A stretch of 64,000 nucleotides of DNA, from the NCBI RefSeq assembly GCF_009914755.1, contig NC_060926.1, one strand, 5' to 3'. Source of the stretch: the human T2T-CHM13v2.0 reference genome, Homo sapiens. Under the pieces are notes generated by a model. That model was not told the DNA's origin and made no database searches. It saw only the letters and a list, made by a program, of their open reading frames with translations. A program made the translations under genes and the position numbers. Below, in pieces: positions 26,700 to 38,999 of the stretch; positions within the stretch are counted from its first letter, which is position 1, and every line of letters begins with the position of its first letter.

Positions 26700-26960
26700 T
26701 CCAAAAAGGAAATAATGTATGGTATGAAGATATTCATTGTAGTATTTTATGATAATGAAAAATCCTAAACATTCTGAGTACCCAAGGATAAGGATACAGA
26801 TTAGCAAATTATGGTATATCCACTTAGAAGATTGTACATTCACTGAAAATGATCATTATAAAAATTAGGTGGCAAGTTGGAGAAAATGCCCATCAAAAAA
26901 TACTAACCTAAAAAAAAGCAAGTTATGAAATTATATGAATGTTAACATTAAATGTATATT
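26700..26960 (+). mobile_element. Old L1M(E) 3' fragment
   Basis: gaagatattcattgtagtattttatgataatgaaaaat...gcaaattatggtatatccac...aaaaaaagcaagttatgaaa. Confidence 0.65.
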
Positions 26961-27349
26961 AAATATGTTTCTGTGGAACAAATAAGAAATCCTTATAATT
27001 GAAAATATTTGTATGACAGTCTCTATTTTAGCGACTTTGTATGGCAGTACCATAGTATTTAGAAAATTATTTTCTAATTTACAAGCAGTGAGCCCTGCTG
27101 GTTCCTCATCTTCAGCCTTCAGTCTTCACCTAGCATACGTCTTTTGCTCAGAAATGTAACTTCCAGTAACAAGCTGAAATTCCTGCTTCCCAGGAAAACC
27201 CACTGAAACCCAAACTCTCAGGGCAACATCTCCTCCTCCACTACAAGCCGTCTGCCTCTATGTCCATCCTACCTGAGGACAACTTGGACCGTTCAGAAAC
27301 CAAAATGGATGGATTCCTGGAAGCTCCAACCCAACTAAGAAAGAAGCCA

Positions 27350-28480
27350 GACACCCCCAGCAGCAGATGGTTTAGTCTTACAGTTTTTATTTATTTTCTC
27401 TACACACCAGGAGAGGTTAGCTGATCAACTGGTGAGGAAGAGGGGGTGGGGGCTGGCCTTCTCTGCTTAAGAAAATGTCTGTTTGGCAGTGTGGCATTCA
27501 CACGGGCGAAATGTCACATCTTTTATGCCACCGGTCCAGGGGAAGCCCTGCCAGGGGAGTTTTTATCAGTGTAATTAACACAAAGGCCCCCTTCTGTCTT
27601 AAAAACACAAGCCTTGGGGACACCGTAAGATGAACTGGCCATTGTTTCTGCACAGCACAAAAACTCCTTCCCCACTCCCACCCCTCCATCCCATTTATGG
27701 GGTTTCATTAAGGCCCACGGGTGTCCCTAACTTATTTATTTAGGAAACACTGTTATTGTCTTAATGTAAACAGAACTCAAGATCAGTTGACAGTTGGAAT
27801 GGTCCAGCAAAAAGGTTTTCAAAGGCGCCTCCTTGGAAAGGGGTCTCTCCATTCAGCCCCCAGTTCCTGTATCATACTGCCAGCACTGTTCACAAAATAA
27901 ACAAATGTTTGTTTTACAACATGGCAAAGGGGGCTCCCATTCAACGCTGGCCAGATATGAAAACAAACTTTCACATATAAGGGCTTTTGATACACATGAC
28001 TTACTTGGATGACAAGGGGCTCGGCTGGGGAGTGCTTAAAGCTTATTAATATTGCACAAAAGACTTTTGTTTATCATTTCGCCGGACTGCCTGGGAATCA
28101 CAAGACTCAAGCCGCCACCCGGCTGGTGTCCTCGCATTTCAGCAGCCGTAACGTGTGGAGATTGCGAAAGCACTGCTGGTTTGAAGCCAAAAACAACCTC
28201 TCCACAGACCCAGGTGAAAGAACTCCAAACTGCCGGCCTCTGAGAACCAGACTTGGAATTTATTAAGAGTAAAGGGCCAAGAGCTCCCCCTACGGGTAGA
28301 AAAAAAAATGGATGCCTTGAACCTGCCTGTTTGCAAGGGGGTAACTTCCAGAAAACGTGGAACCCACAGCCTGACATTTCTTCTAGGGACATTTCTTCTT
28401 CTATTCAAAAAGCCTGGGTCTCTGGAGAACAACTTTTCCTTTTTCTAGTTGACCAGCTCTATTCCCAGAACGTCTAACGA
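27350..28480. promoter_or_regulatory. Candidate enhancer / CTCF-containing element
   Basis: No recognisable repeat. About 11 CpG in 28020-28300. SOX (ccattgtt, acaaag) and FOX (aataaaca, tgtttat) motifs. CTCF-like CCCGTAGGGGGAGC on the minus strand at 28283-28296. Motif evidence only. Confidence 0.4.
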
Positions 28481-28616
28481 GACATTAGCACTCTAAAACA
28501 CTCATGATCAAAAATCAGTCCTTTAAAAAATAATAATAATAATCAGTTATTTAGGCACTGGTTTGTTAAACTGGGAAGGGAATAGAGTAAATCAGATACG
28601 ATCTCTGCCCTCTAGA

Positions 28617-28698
28617 CTTACTCTGTCCAATACAGGAGTCACCAGCCACGAGTGGCTATTGGCCACTTAAAATGTGGCTAGTCCAAATTGGGATATTC

Positions 28699-28732
<34 letters not shown>

Positions 28733-28907
28733 TATAAAATATCTCATTGATTTTTCACATTGACCACATGTTGAAATGATAGTATTTGGGATAAATTGGG
28801 GTAAATTAAATATATTAAAGTCAATTTCACCTTTTTTAATGTGGCTGCTAGAAAATTTTAAATTATGCATCATACACATTAGATCATATTTCTACTGGAC
28901 AGTGCTG
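28617..28907. mobile_element. MER33 (hAT-Charlie) with internal A29 tract
   Basis: ctgtccaataca...agccacgagtggctatt...aaatgtggctagt...tatttctactggacagtgctg. Flanked by ctctagac / gtctagac. A-run at 28702-28730. Confidence 0.88.
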
Positions 28908-30471
28908 TCTAGACAGTTATATAATTATTAAGGCTTGTAAAAAATAGTGAAATCTTTAGCCCATGATATTAGTGATTTGTGCCAGCTGAGTTGATTTTTT
29001 TCTTAAGTACATTTATTCAATTCATTTACCAGAATCTCCTGAAAAAAGGGGAAAGTTAAAAAAAAAAAAAATACACACACACTATGGCAGGCTTCCCTGC
29101 AAATTTTAGTTTGTTTTATTTAAATCTCAGCAAAATGGAAGTAAAGACTAGGGTTTGGGTTAAGGTCACATATGTTGAAAAAAAAAAAAAAGGTTTCAAA
29201 AGGAAATATGTATTTTATCTTTACAAACCCCTTCCTTCTGGCTATACTCTTTGTGTATTTAACTACAAGTAATTCCAAGAGGAAAAAATTCCTTCTACCA
29301 GAACCATCTTGCAAATTTGTTTTCAGGTCATTAGACAGAAGACATTTACTTTTTCCCTCCTCTCACAACTTCACCTACCTACTCAATCCCGGTTTTTAAG
29401 CAAATTTGGGATATGTAAGATAAATAGGATTATGTGAGTAATATGTGGCCCTAAATATAGTCAGACCACCAACTTACCATAGCATTTAGACAACCCACTG
29501 AAAACTCACTAATGGTGGCAACGTTGCCATCCTAATTTCTGAATTCAGTTTAAATTGCACCAGCAGCTGCCTTTGATAAACATACTCAGATCTGGCCCAC
29601 GACCACCAAACCCACCCACCCATAAGAGGAAGACCAGCAGAGAATTTTCCTCTTCCCTGGGTCTGCTGTCTCAGATCTGTCCTGCTTATTTTGGTCCCAG
29701 GAATGTGCCAAGATACCACTGAAAGATTAACTACCTCTTTGAAGGGACAGCAATTCAAGGATTATAGGAATCTTTCTGAAATTTCTCCCTGAAATTTAGC
29801 CTTAAAATTATGTCAAAAGTGGGTATAACTCTACAAGGCCCAAAGGCAAATGTCAAGAGGGTGCTCCTATAATATAAAGACACAGTGAGCCAACAAGTGC
29901 CTGGTGCCCTCTAGGCCTCTTCCAGTACAGGGTATTGTTAAGCCAAAGGTGGATTAGATTAGCCCAGCAAATTGCAACGTTCATCTTTGAGATTACAGAT
30001 GAAATTGCTAGAGGAAAAAAAAAACTCAAGCAAACAAGGATTTTGGTCACAAGTTGGAACAAATATGGGCTCCTGCTGAATAGCTACACAGAGAAAAATT
30101 TGGAGTAGTACCCAAGACCCTCATCATTCTCCCCACAGACAGAAATGATGGCTCTGGGAAAGAGAGGCTGCAATCCCACCACATGAACTGTAGATCTGGG
30201 CTACGGTATTTGGAGGGCACTGGAGTGGGACAGGATATTCACCGAAGATATTTACTAGTATGATTTTCCATCTGGCCTTATTATTCTGGCATGGCTGCCA
30301 GCACCTTATAATCCCAGCATTGTATTCGCAAGCAATTCCTCTGCTCATTAGCAGAAGCTGAGTCCAACTCTGCTCTTGTAGGGGCTTGTGAATCAGCATA
30401 GACCAACAGACAGCGTTTCCAGGAGCTAGCTGCAAAGAAACAAGGACGCTACTCATTGAGGGGAAGGCATC

Positions 30472-30930
30472 TGTATCAGTTAGGAATTGCATTTGACTGT
30501 TAGTAGCAGGGGCTGGATATAACAGTGATTAAATAAATGTGCTTCCTCCTCGTGTGAAGGAAGTCCTGAGCAAGGCAGTCCAGGAGGACATGGAAGTGCT
30601 GGAGTGTCAGGATCCTTCTATCTTTATGCTCCATCACAGTTAGCACATGGTTTCCATCTGCAACACTGTCTCATGGTCTAAGATGGCTGTTGGCTGGGCC
30701 TCCAGTAGTCACATTTATATCCAGGCATGGAGCAGAAAAAAATGGGAAGAACAAAAGGAAGTACATGTCAGCTATTGTTCCCTTCTCAAGCTTTCCTGGA
30801 CATCCCACTGAGCCACTTCTTAATTTAATTTGCTAACTTCTAGCTACAAGAGAAGCTGAGCACATTGTCCCTCAAATAAAATCCAGTTCCTGTTGTAAAA
30901 GAACAGTAGGAAGAATAAAATGAACATCAG
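30472..30930 (-). mobile_element. MLT1K/L-like MaLR LTR
   Basis: tgtatcagttaggaattgcatttgactg...ctcatggtctaagatggctg...ccagtagtcacatttatatccagg. Confidence 0.7.
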
Positions 30931-31609
30931 GTTGATCCCTGGGTTGCTTCAGAATCATGCAAAGACATCTGTAAAGGAGAGTTACTTCCAGCTTAGAATG
31001 TTTATTTCAGCCTTGACAACCACATTAACAATAAGCATCATAACCACTGGGTCACAGTACACTCTCGGGACCCCTGCCTTTGATTGGATGGAGGAATTCT
31101 TTAAGATTATTTGAAACTTGTGCTATCTCTCCATAAAGTTCCTCCATAGGAATGACATTGTTCCTGGGTCACATCACTGTCAACATTTACAACAGTCATC
31201 ATCTGTGAACTTGATAAAGAAATTAAGTCCCATTATTGGGTTAAGATTCAACTGTCTCACTCTGTTGAACATAGTGTGACTAAAATCAAACAAAGTACTA
31301 AACAAGTGGCCAATGTACAAATACAAAAAGTGACATGGGCAACTGCCACATCTAACCAGATCATGTCGACCCTGATTTGTCACGATCACCTGGAAATGTC
31401 AAGTGAAAGTAGCAGTTTGGTTTTAGGATACTGGAGAATAATAAAGTACCACGTATAAGGAGCTATTTAATAAAAGGAATTGGATTATAATAATGAAGAT
31501 ATGAATCATGATGATGATAAGTGGATGATAAATTACTTTAACTCTTCACTCCGTGGGCACATGCCCACAAGAGTGGGATCTTCAATTTATATGGATCCCT
31601 TTAATTTCT

Positions 31610-32260
31610 ACTATGCTTCACAGTTTTCAGGCAATTTTATCTCATCTATGCCTCAAAACTCGGAAGGACAGACATTATTAATAGTAGTGTTTTTAAACTG
31701 ATGGGATAGAAGCTCAAAAATAGCAAGTGACATATTCAAGTTGTCACAGTGGATAAAGGCAGAAAGCCAGCACTAAAACCCCACCCTTGCCTGTAGGCTG
31801 GGACTCTGAATTATACCTCTCGAGCAGAACACATAAGCTTTAAACTACTTTATGTTTTTGAACCCTGATGTTATTTCTTGAAGATTTTAAGGTCTTTAAA
31901 TGAATGGGTTATGTCTTTTTTGTCACTGAATTTGCCTGTGCGCAGAACAGAACCTTGTATACAATAGGAGAAACTCTCAATTAATGTTTATTAAAGATAA
32001 TGATATATGGACTCAGCATATGGTGAGATCAGCAACATCTATTAGCATAAGAAGGGGCTGGAAAAAATGAAAGTGAGCCTAACCTCAGTCTACCAAGAAC
32101 ACAAGGACACTGTCTCTACCTTTGGTGTCTGGATCTTGGGTGGGAGAGGGTGATCAAAATTTGACCTCAGTGTGCCAGAGTCATTTTATCTATAACATAA
32201 GGAGATAGGACTGGAAAATTTCCATGAGACCCTTCATTATTAGAATGCCATGATTCTAAT
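31610..32260. mobile_element. MIR (-), L2 tail (+) and MIR3 (+) fragments
   Basis: MIR core near 31690-31780, L2 tail (ctcaattaatgtttattaaag) near 31980, MIR3 end (gacccttcattattagaatgccatgattc) near 32230. Confidence 0.55.
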
Positions 32261-33109
32261 TGCCACTTGAAAGTTCCTGAGAAAAGAACCATGTGAATGG
32301 CAGAGAGATAAGGTACTACGGTTCAAATCTTCTCTGGTTCTTTATGAAAAGCTTTAAGTCTCAAAATATCTGCTCTGCCTTTTCTTAATAAGTTGTGCCC
32401 ATGCAAATCCCTATTCTCTCAATGTAAGCACAATCACCAAAAAAGAGAGACAACTACACCCTAGTGAGAAGCTCCACAAATACACTCTCTGGAGGTCTCC
32501 CTGTCAGGTTCCTACTTCCACCTACACCCTTTATCTCTAAGTCTCTGCCATCACTGATGCTGAAAGACATTTTTTTTAAGGTAGGATCTTCTAAATCCAG
32601 CCCTCTGTAAATCCTTGCCCCAGATCTGAGCAAACTAATTCTTTAGGTTAAACCCAATCTTTCTATCTCTCCAGAAATGTGGGAGAATCAAAGAATCAAA
32701 ACTCAAGAATTCTCATGGCCTCCGTGTTAAAAATAGCCGTGTCTTCAAAAGATTCTGACGTCAGATTTCAAATCCCAATTCTCAGTCCATCCCATTGAAT
32801 CATCCATCATTTAAAATGTAAGAAAATTTTCACACAGGTCTTTCCTGCCTCAGTAGTCAACCCAACCCAGCAAAAGCCTCACACAGCATTCTATCCTCCA
32901 AGTCATGTTTTGGCTGATGGCCCATGGAAATCCCCTTTTAAGGAAAAAGAGAAGAAAACTAAAAATATGAGAGTAGTCAGCCACTCTCATACCACCCTTG
33001 AAATAAATCACCAATGCCCAGAATTCCCTCTTCTTCTCTAGTTTTAGATAACTATGTATTATAGTGGGAGATGATGATGATGACATTGATGACAATGATG
33101 ATGATGTGA

Positions 33110-33340
33110 GCAATAACAATGAACATTTTTGAACATTATCTACACTGTCCTAAGTGCTACAGATTTATTTTTTCCATTTAATCTTAACAACTTTCTCCAC
33201 TAGTATTATTAAACCTATTAGTTTCCTCATTTCACAGATAAGGCAACTGAGAATTAGAGAAGTTAAGTAACTTGTCCATTGCTCTGGAGCTGAAAGACAG
33301 AATTCAGACCCAGATATGTTTGATTCTAAATCCTCCAAAC
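33110..33340 (-). mobile_element. MIR
   Basis: catttcacagataaggcaactgagaattagagaagttaagtaacttgtcc...aattcagacccag. Confidence 0.8.
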
Positions 33341-34434
33341 ATTTGACTTTCCTACTTCTCAGAGATGGGAGGCAATAGTGAAACTGAGGGGATTGTGCAG
33401 AGCCAGGAGAGGGTGTAGAAGAAGAATCTCAGGAGTGAGAGCTGCAGAAACAGGATCGCATCAGAAGCTACCCCTAAGGAGGAGAGGATAAGCACGGGAA
33501 TGCCATTTAGACAATTATTCTTAAACCAGATTAAACCCTGAAAATCCATTAAATTGGAAGCATCACTCTCATTTTTTTTATAACCAAATTTAAGAATGCC
33601 AACTTTTGGGGAAATTCCATAATTTGCAGATACTGAAATAGTAACAATAACAACTAAAAACACCAATTTCCTTTCTTTCTTTTACCACCTGTGGACCTTA
33701 TGGGGTAAGGGGCAGATGGTAAATTTGAGGGGAGGCTAGTCTATTTTGAATGTTTATTTACAAGGCTACATTCATGCCATCCACCAAACACCATCTGCTG
33801 GGCTATTTCTTCCATGAAACTAGAGCATTTTGTTCCATAGCAAATAAAAGTGCGACCAGAATTCTATCAGCATGCTGTGTTTGGGAGAGCACCAACACTT
33901 TTCAAAACCAGCTTTAATCTTTCTCCAAGTCCGATGCAAAGAAGGCTCCCCTAAGAACAGTAACCCAGTCAACACATTCATTCATTCATTCGCAAACTCA
34001 CTTTGAAAGAAAGCTGGCCCGCGTGGGCCAGCCAAATGTGGAAAGTTAATTTTACAACATGAACTGTTTTCACCCTGGGCCAAGAGACAAGTATAGGCAC
34101 CATATGACCTGGGTCTGATTTAGTAGTATCTCGGGACTCAGAAACATGAGGGTATTTCAGCAAGGAGCCCCCACCTTTTCTATCCCCCCCTCACCAACCA
34201 TCCACTAAAGCTTCCAAAGAATGTCTTTCATGTTTGCTGCATTCACTTCACAACGTGCTCCTGGTGCCTGTCCTTGAATTCTCGGCTCATTGCTCCTGAA
34301 TCAAGGGAAGTCAAGTTGAATCTTTCAAAATGGGAGCCAGCAGTGGGTAAGCACATCAGCAGCAGGGCAGGAAAATCCACCCCCATCTACTCTTTGTAAA
34401 ACTCTAAGTCCTGTTTGTTATTCTTAAGAGATGG

Positions 34435-34595
34435 AAGGCAATGTAGTTTAGAGAGAAGAGCCTTGGATTCAGAATCAGGAGATCTCAGTTTTACTTCTAG
34501 CTCTGCCACTGACAAGCTGTGTGGATTTAATAAATCATTTAATGTCTCTGGCCTCTGGGTTGGTCATTTATAAAATGAGGAGGTGGCACTATAAT
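34435..34595 (+). mobile_element. MIR
   Basis: ttggattcagaatcaggagatctcag...ctctgccactgacaagctgtgtg...tataaaatgagg. Confidence 0.75.
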
Positions 34596-34849
34596 AAATA
34601 CCTCACACTAAGACTAGAGCTTGTATTGATGCAAGTTAAGAAGCAAAACCTGCACAGAGTGAGTGTGGCGGCTACAGGGTGAATGAGGAGGGGATGGCCC
34701 TCTCAAGAATTTATAGTTCTTCATGAATATGTAACCTAAAGAAGAAACCCCAGAATATCAGAGTGAGCTTTACATAAGCACAGGCCATGTTGCGTGGTTC
34801 CTAGTTTTGTGGCTACTCCAATAGTGGTGTGGGGAGCGAGCTTAGGAAA

Positions 34850-35310
34850 GTAGAACAGAGCAACGGTTAGGACCAAGTCTTTGGAGTGGTTCTAGACCTG
34901 GATTCTGTCCCTTACATCCTCCATGACCGTGGCCTGTTATTTATTTCTTAAACCTTAACTTCTGCATCTGTGCAATGGGATAACGATATCTACTTCTGGT
35001 GGTATACTCACACTGGCTCACAAAAGCCAATGGTAAAATTCTGTGGCCTTTTACCAGCTGGTTGACACCACATTGGTGGTTTGAAATAAGCTGTGGTGGG
35101 AGTATTTGCCACAGAAGTCAGCCAATGCTACAAATCCAGGCATCTCCCCTGGTACTCCTCCAGAACTGGGTTTTAAACATTTTCATCACACCACTGCCTA
35201 CCTCTCAGCACTGTTGTAAGGATGAAGTGAGGTGATGTACACAAAGTGTTTAACACAATGTTTGGTGCATGACAAGAAATGGGAGCTGTTATTATTGTAG
35301 CTATTAGTGA
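34850..35310 (+). mobile_element. MIR split by MER63
   Basis: catctgtgcaatgggataacgatatctac resumes as ctacctctcagcactgttgtaaggatgaagtgag after the insertion. Confidence 0.75.
34997..35196. mobile_element. MER63A-like (hAT-Blackjack)
   Basis: ggtttgaaataagctgtggtgggagtattt...aatgctacaaatc...ttaaacattttcatcacaccactg. 8-bp flanks tctacttc / cctacctc. Confidence 0.8.
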
Positions 35311-35779
35311 CTCAGGGATGCCCTCTGTCTTTTCATTTCTTGCTACTCTTACCACTCTTCTCATAAGCCAGATCTTATGCTACTTTCTGGAGATCCAGAG
35401 AGCATGCCCCTGCAGTAAAAGGCTTTTCTACCCAACTCTTATTTGCTTGTGGCCTCTCATTCAGCAGATATGAATTGAATACTTACTCTGCACCCAATCT
35501 GGCACCAGGCATTGCAGATACAAACACGATTGAATAAAACTTGCCCCTAGATTTGAGAAGTTCAGAAACCCTTTGATGGACAGGATACAACTGAGTCTGG
35601 GAAGGGTACCTTTTACCAACAATGTGGAAATCAAAGAAAGGCAAAAGCTGTTCCCAACGGCACAAACCCTTCTGCCACCTGGTATCCCAAGGCCTTGGAA
35701 GCAAGAAGCCTCCAGGGTAACTTTAGGTACAAAGTGAAACCACCTTCTTTAAGATGACATAATTATTAGAACTACAGGC

Positions 35780-36340
35780 ACTCAATTAGCTCTCCTCCTC
35801 TCCCTGTCCTGATGGCATTACCCTACAATTGGCAACATTCTTCCCCACTGGCTACGACGGTTGCATGTATGCCGCCTGGAAACCAGAAATGTGTAACATC
35901 AAGTCTGGCCCCTCGCCAAATTTCTACAGGGCATTAGTAACAAACTGGTGAAGCTCATTAAAAAAAGAGAGAGAAACCTATAACCATTAAAAGTCCATTA
36001 AGCAGCCTGTCATTTTGTAGAGCTAAATAGCCCACAGTAATCAAAAGCATATGAACCCCAGCTGGGATACCCAGTGAATTGTTTCGATTTAGGGGAGAAT
36101 TCATCAAGAAAGATTGTTCTTGGGATTGGGTTGATTTTTCTCCTTCAGTTCCTGGCCCCACGTTCCATTATAATTAAAGTGATTGATGCACCTCCCAGAC
36201 AGAGGTGAGCAGTGACCACCAGAGCCAAAACATCTGCTCCTTCCAAGCAAACAGTTAATATGGAACTTGAGTCAAAAGGCACGTAATTTGAGGTTACCCT
36301 TCCACTGTCAATTAGGTATGGCACAGTCAACTCTTTGCTG
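35780..36340. promoter_or_regulatory. Candidate homeodomain/NFI enhancer
   Basis: Repeat-free. NFI palindrome TGGC-N5-GCCAA at 35906-35919, PBX TGATTGAT at 36180-36187, MEIS ctgtca twice, many ATTA cores. Confidence 0.4.
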
Positions 36341-37016
36341 TCTGGCTGGGTTACATCTAGGTTATCTCTGAAATTTCTCTTTCCAACCATAGAAGGACTT
36401 TTATCCATACCCAGGTTAGGGTCAAGAAACAAAGAGCTAAGTCTGAGGCCAAGAAGTGATGATCCCTAGAAGGGGAGATAGAAGATCCATCCATCAATTA
36501 ATGAAATGTCTTCCTGCCCATTGATGGACATTTGTTAATTTCAGAAATACAGACTCAATCTTTCCAATTTACCACAATCCCTCTACCTCTTTTCATCACC
36601 TCCCCAGCCCTGCAAGGTGTACCCTGGCACCACTCCATTGCTCATTAGCGCCTCCACAGGTGGATGACCACATGCTGAGGAAGGAGGTAAAACTCAAACA
36701 GGAGGTTTATGAGAGCACATTAGCAGTTTTGGCTCTGACATAAGAATAGTGAGAAATGAGAGAAAAATCAATGACTCAACACAGGTTTAGGAGGTAACTA
36801 TAGGAATTACTGCTCTATGCTCATCTACTCTACCATGACACTAGATGAAAGCAAAATGTTGACAAAAAATGGAAAAACTAAGGTGATGTTCAAATTCAAA
36901 AGGGCAGTTGAATCTGAGAGCAATTATTGTTCCCTTCAGATATTTTTACTATCACTGCTTTTTATTTTAACTTTTCCCCAAAAGACCCAAAAGTTTAATT
37001 AAAAAAAAAAAAAGTA

Positions 37017-37314
37017 GGCTGGGAATGGTGGCTCATGCCTGTAATCCCAGCACTTTGGGAGGCCGAGGCAGGAAAATTGCTTCAGCTCAGGAGTTCAAGA
37101 CCAGCCTGGGCAACATAGTGAGACCTCACCTCTACTAAAACTCAAAGAAAAATTAGTCAGGAGTGGTGACCCAAGCCTGTAGTCCCAGCTACTTGGGAGG
37201 CTGAATCAGAAGTACTGCTTGAGCCCAGGAGTTCAAGACTGCAGTGAGCCATGATCATGCCACTGTACTCCAGCCTGGGCAACAGAACAAGACCCTGTCT
37301 CAAACAACAACAAA
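37017..37314 (+). mobile_element. AluJ
   Basis: Dimeric Alu with J features (gcttgagcccaggagttcaagactgcagtgagccatgatc). Confidence 0.95.
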
Positions 37315-38999
37315 GTCATGCTCAGTATAATCAACACTCCTCCATCCAAAGCTACTCCAAAATCATCTAGTAATTTGATATACCACTTATTTATATTGAT
37401 CCTTTTAGAGTCTTGAACTGTTAAATTTCTGCTTGTTACCATCTCCCATCATTGACTGTATGTTTCTCAAGGGCAGGGACATCTTTTTCCCTGTGTCTTA
37501 CAGCATCTTCTTAATAGAATCCTTGCAACTCAGAGGCCCTCACTAAATATTGACGGAGTGATCTTTCAGTGTTGCCAGGCTCAGCTTCCAATCTCTCAGG
37601 GACTGCCTGTACTAAATTCACCAAGCAGTTAATGAGCTCCCGTGCTGCCCACACAAACTCATTTGCCTTGGGAATGAAAACAAATCGATGCCCCCTTTAT
37701 GCACTGAATTTGCTTAAGCATACATTGCAGATGATACATACATATGGTGTGCATGAAAGTAAATGCTCCTGCACCAGGCAGAGGCCCTCTAGCCTCTTCT
37801 CGGCTTCCCTATCCAAATTCTGCCCACCCTACAAGGCTGAGCTGTCCCCCAACTTCAACTAACAAGCCTTCACAGAACACCAGCTTAAAGATCTCTAGCT
37901 CCAAACAAGCAGTGGGCCTGGAACACAGTGAGTTCCATGAAAATATGAGCAAGAGAGTCAATGAGCAACATGAGGCATGGGTGGACAAGGTGGGACCAAG
38001 TTGAATGGAGTGAGAATGAGGTTGGAAAGTTGACTGCCAGATACGAAGTGAGGCGAACTCTTCACCCAGACCAGTGGAAGCACATCCTTCCCCCATCACT
38101 CCCCATGGAACACCTTAAGTTCAGGAATCAGGGGCGATGTGGCCTATTACTGGATGAGAGGAGTCTCTGACCCTTATGTTCTTTCTTCCTTGGATGTCCA
38201 ATGGTGAAGGAAAAATAAACATATAAAAAGCCATAAATCCCCTTGCAAAAATAAAGGCTCCTTTTTAATGCCCAATAGTTAATGGCTTAAGTTAAATTCC
38301 AGACCCTTGCAAAAAATTTTGTAAGACCCCTTCCACCTCTTTGCTGCCTTGACTCCCACCCCTTCCAGAGGCAGAAAGGTTGCTAGGCTTTCTGTAGGTG
38401 GTTGATGAACATTTTTAGGGGGTGCTTACGTCCATATTAATAGCATTAGAACAAACACACCTTTTCAGATTATTTTGAAAACTATCCTGGGACACAGAAT
38501 CCAGTTTCCCCTCCATAGAGTATTTTCTCCCAAGTCCACAGTTGTCTGCACAGTAACATTTTTGCCTGTACAACAACTCGTTTTGTTTTCACACTGCCTG
38601 TGTCCTGTGGCACTCAGGAGGTCCTGTTCTAAGAGAGGCAAGACTCTACCCTGTTCTGTTGCTAGCACAGGCTGTTCATGGCATCCCCTCCACTGTCCAA
38701 AATCCTCCTTCTCATGTGTCTTTGTCTCTGCAGGTGACCTGGCTGCTTAGGACAGTAAGGAAAATACGGTAGCAGAAGTCATGAGGAAAGCTGCTTCTGC
38801 TTTCAGCCTTTCAGCTCAGCTCCTTGCTAGCTGAGTGTCTTTGGCTCTCTGGACGTTTTTATGATCTGTAAAAAGAAAGAGCTACACTACATCATCTCTA
38901 AGTCCTTCCCAGCCCTGGCTTCGACCATCCTCACTACTCATTTTGTTACTTTCCACCGCCAATTCTCTTGCTCTGCCCCGCCTATGTATGTCAAGGGAA

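Noticed and set aside
30124-30492. 122-aa minus-strand ORF
   Set aside because: Begins in an MLT1 LTR edge and has no recognisable homology.
34013-34032. gctggccc-gcgt-gggccagc hairpin
   Set aside because: A single 8-bp stem with no supporting context; a few are expected by chance.
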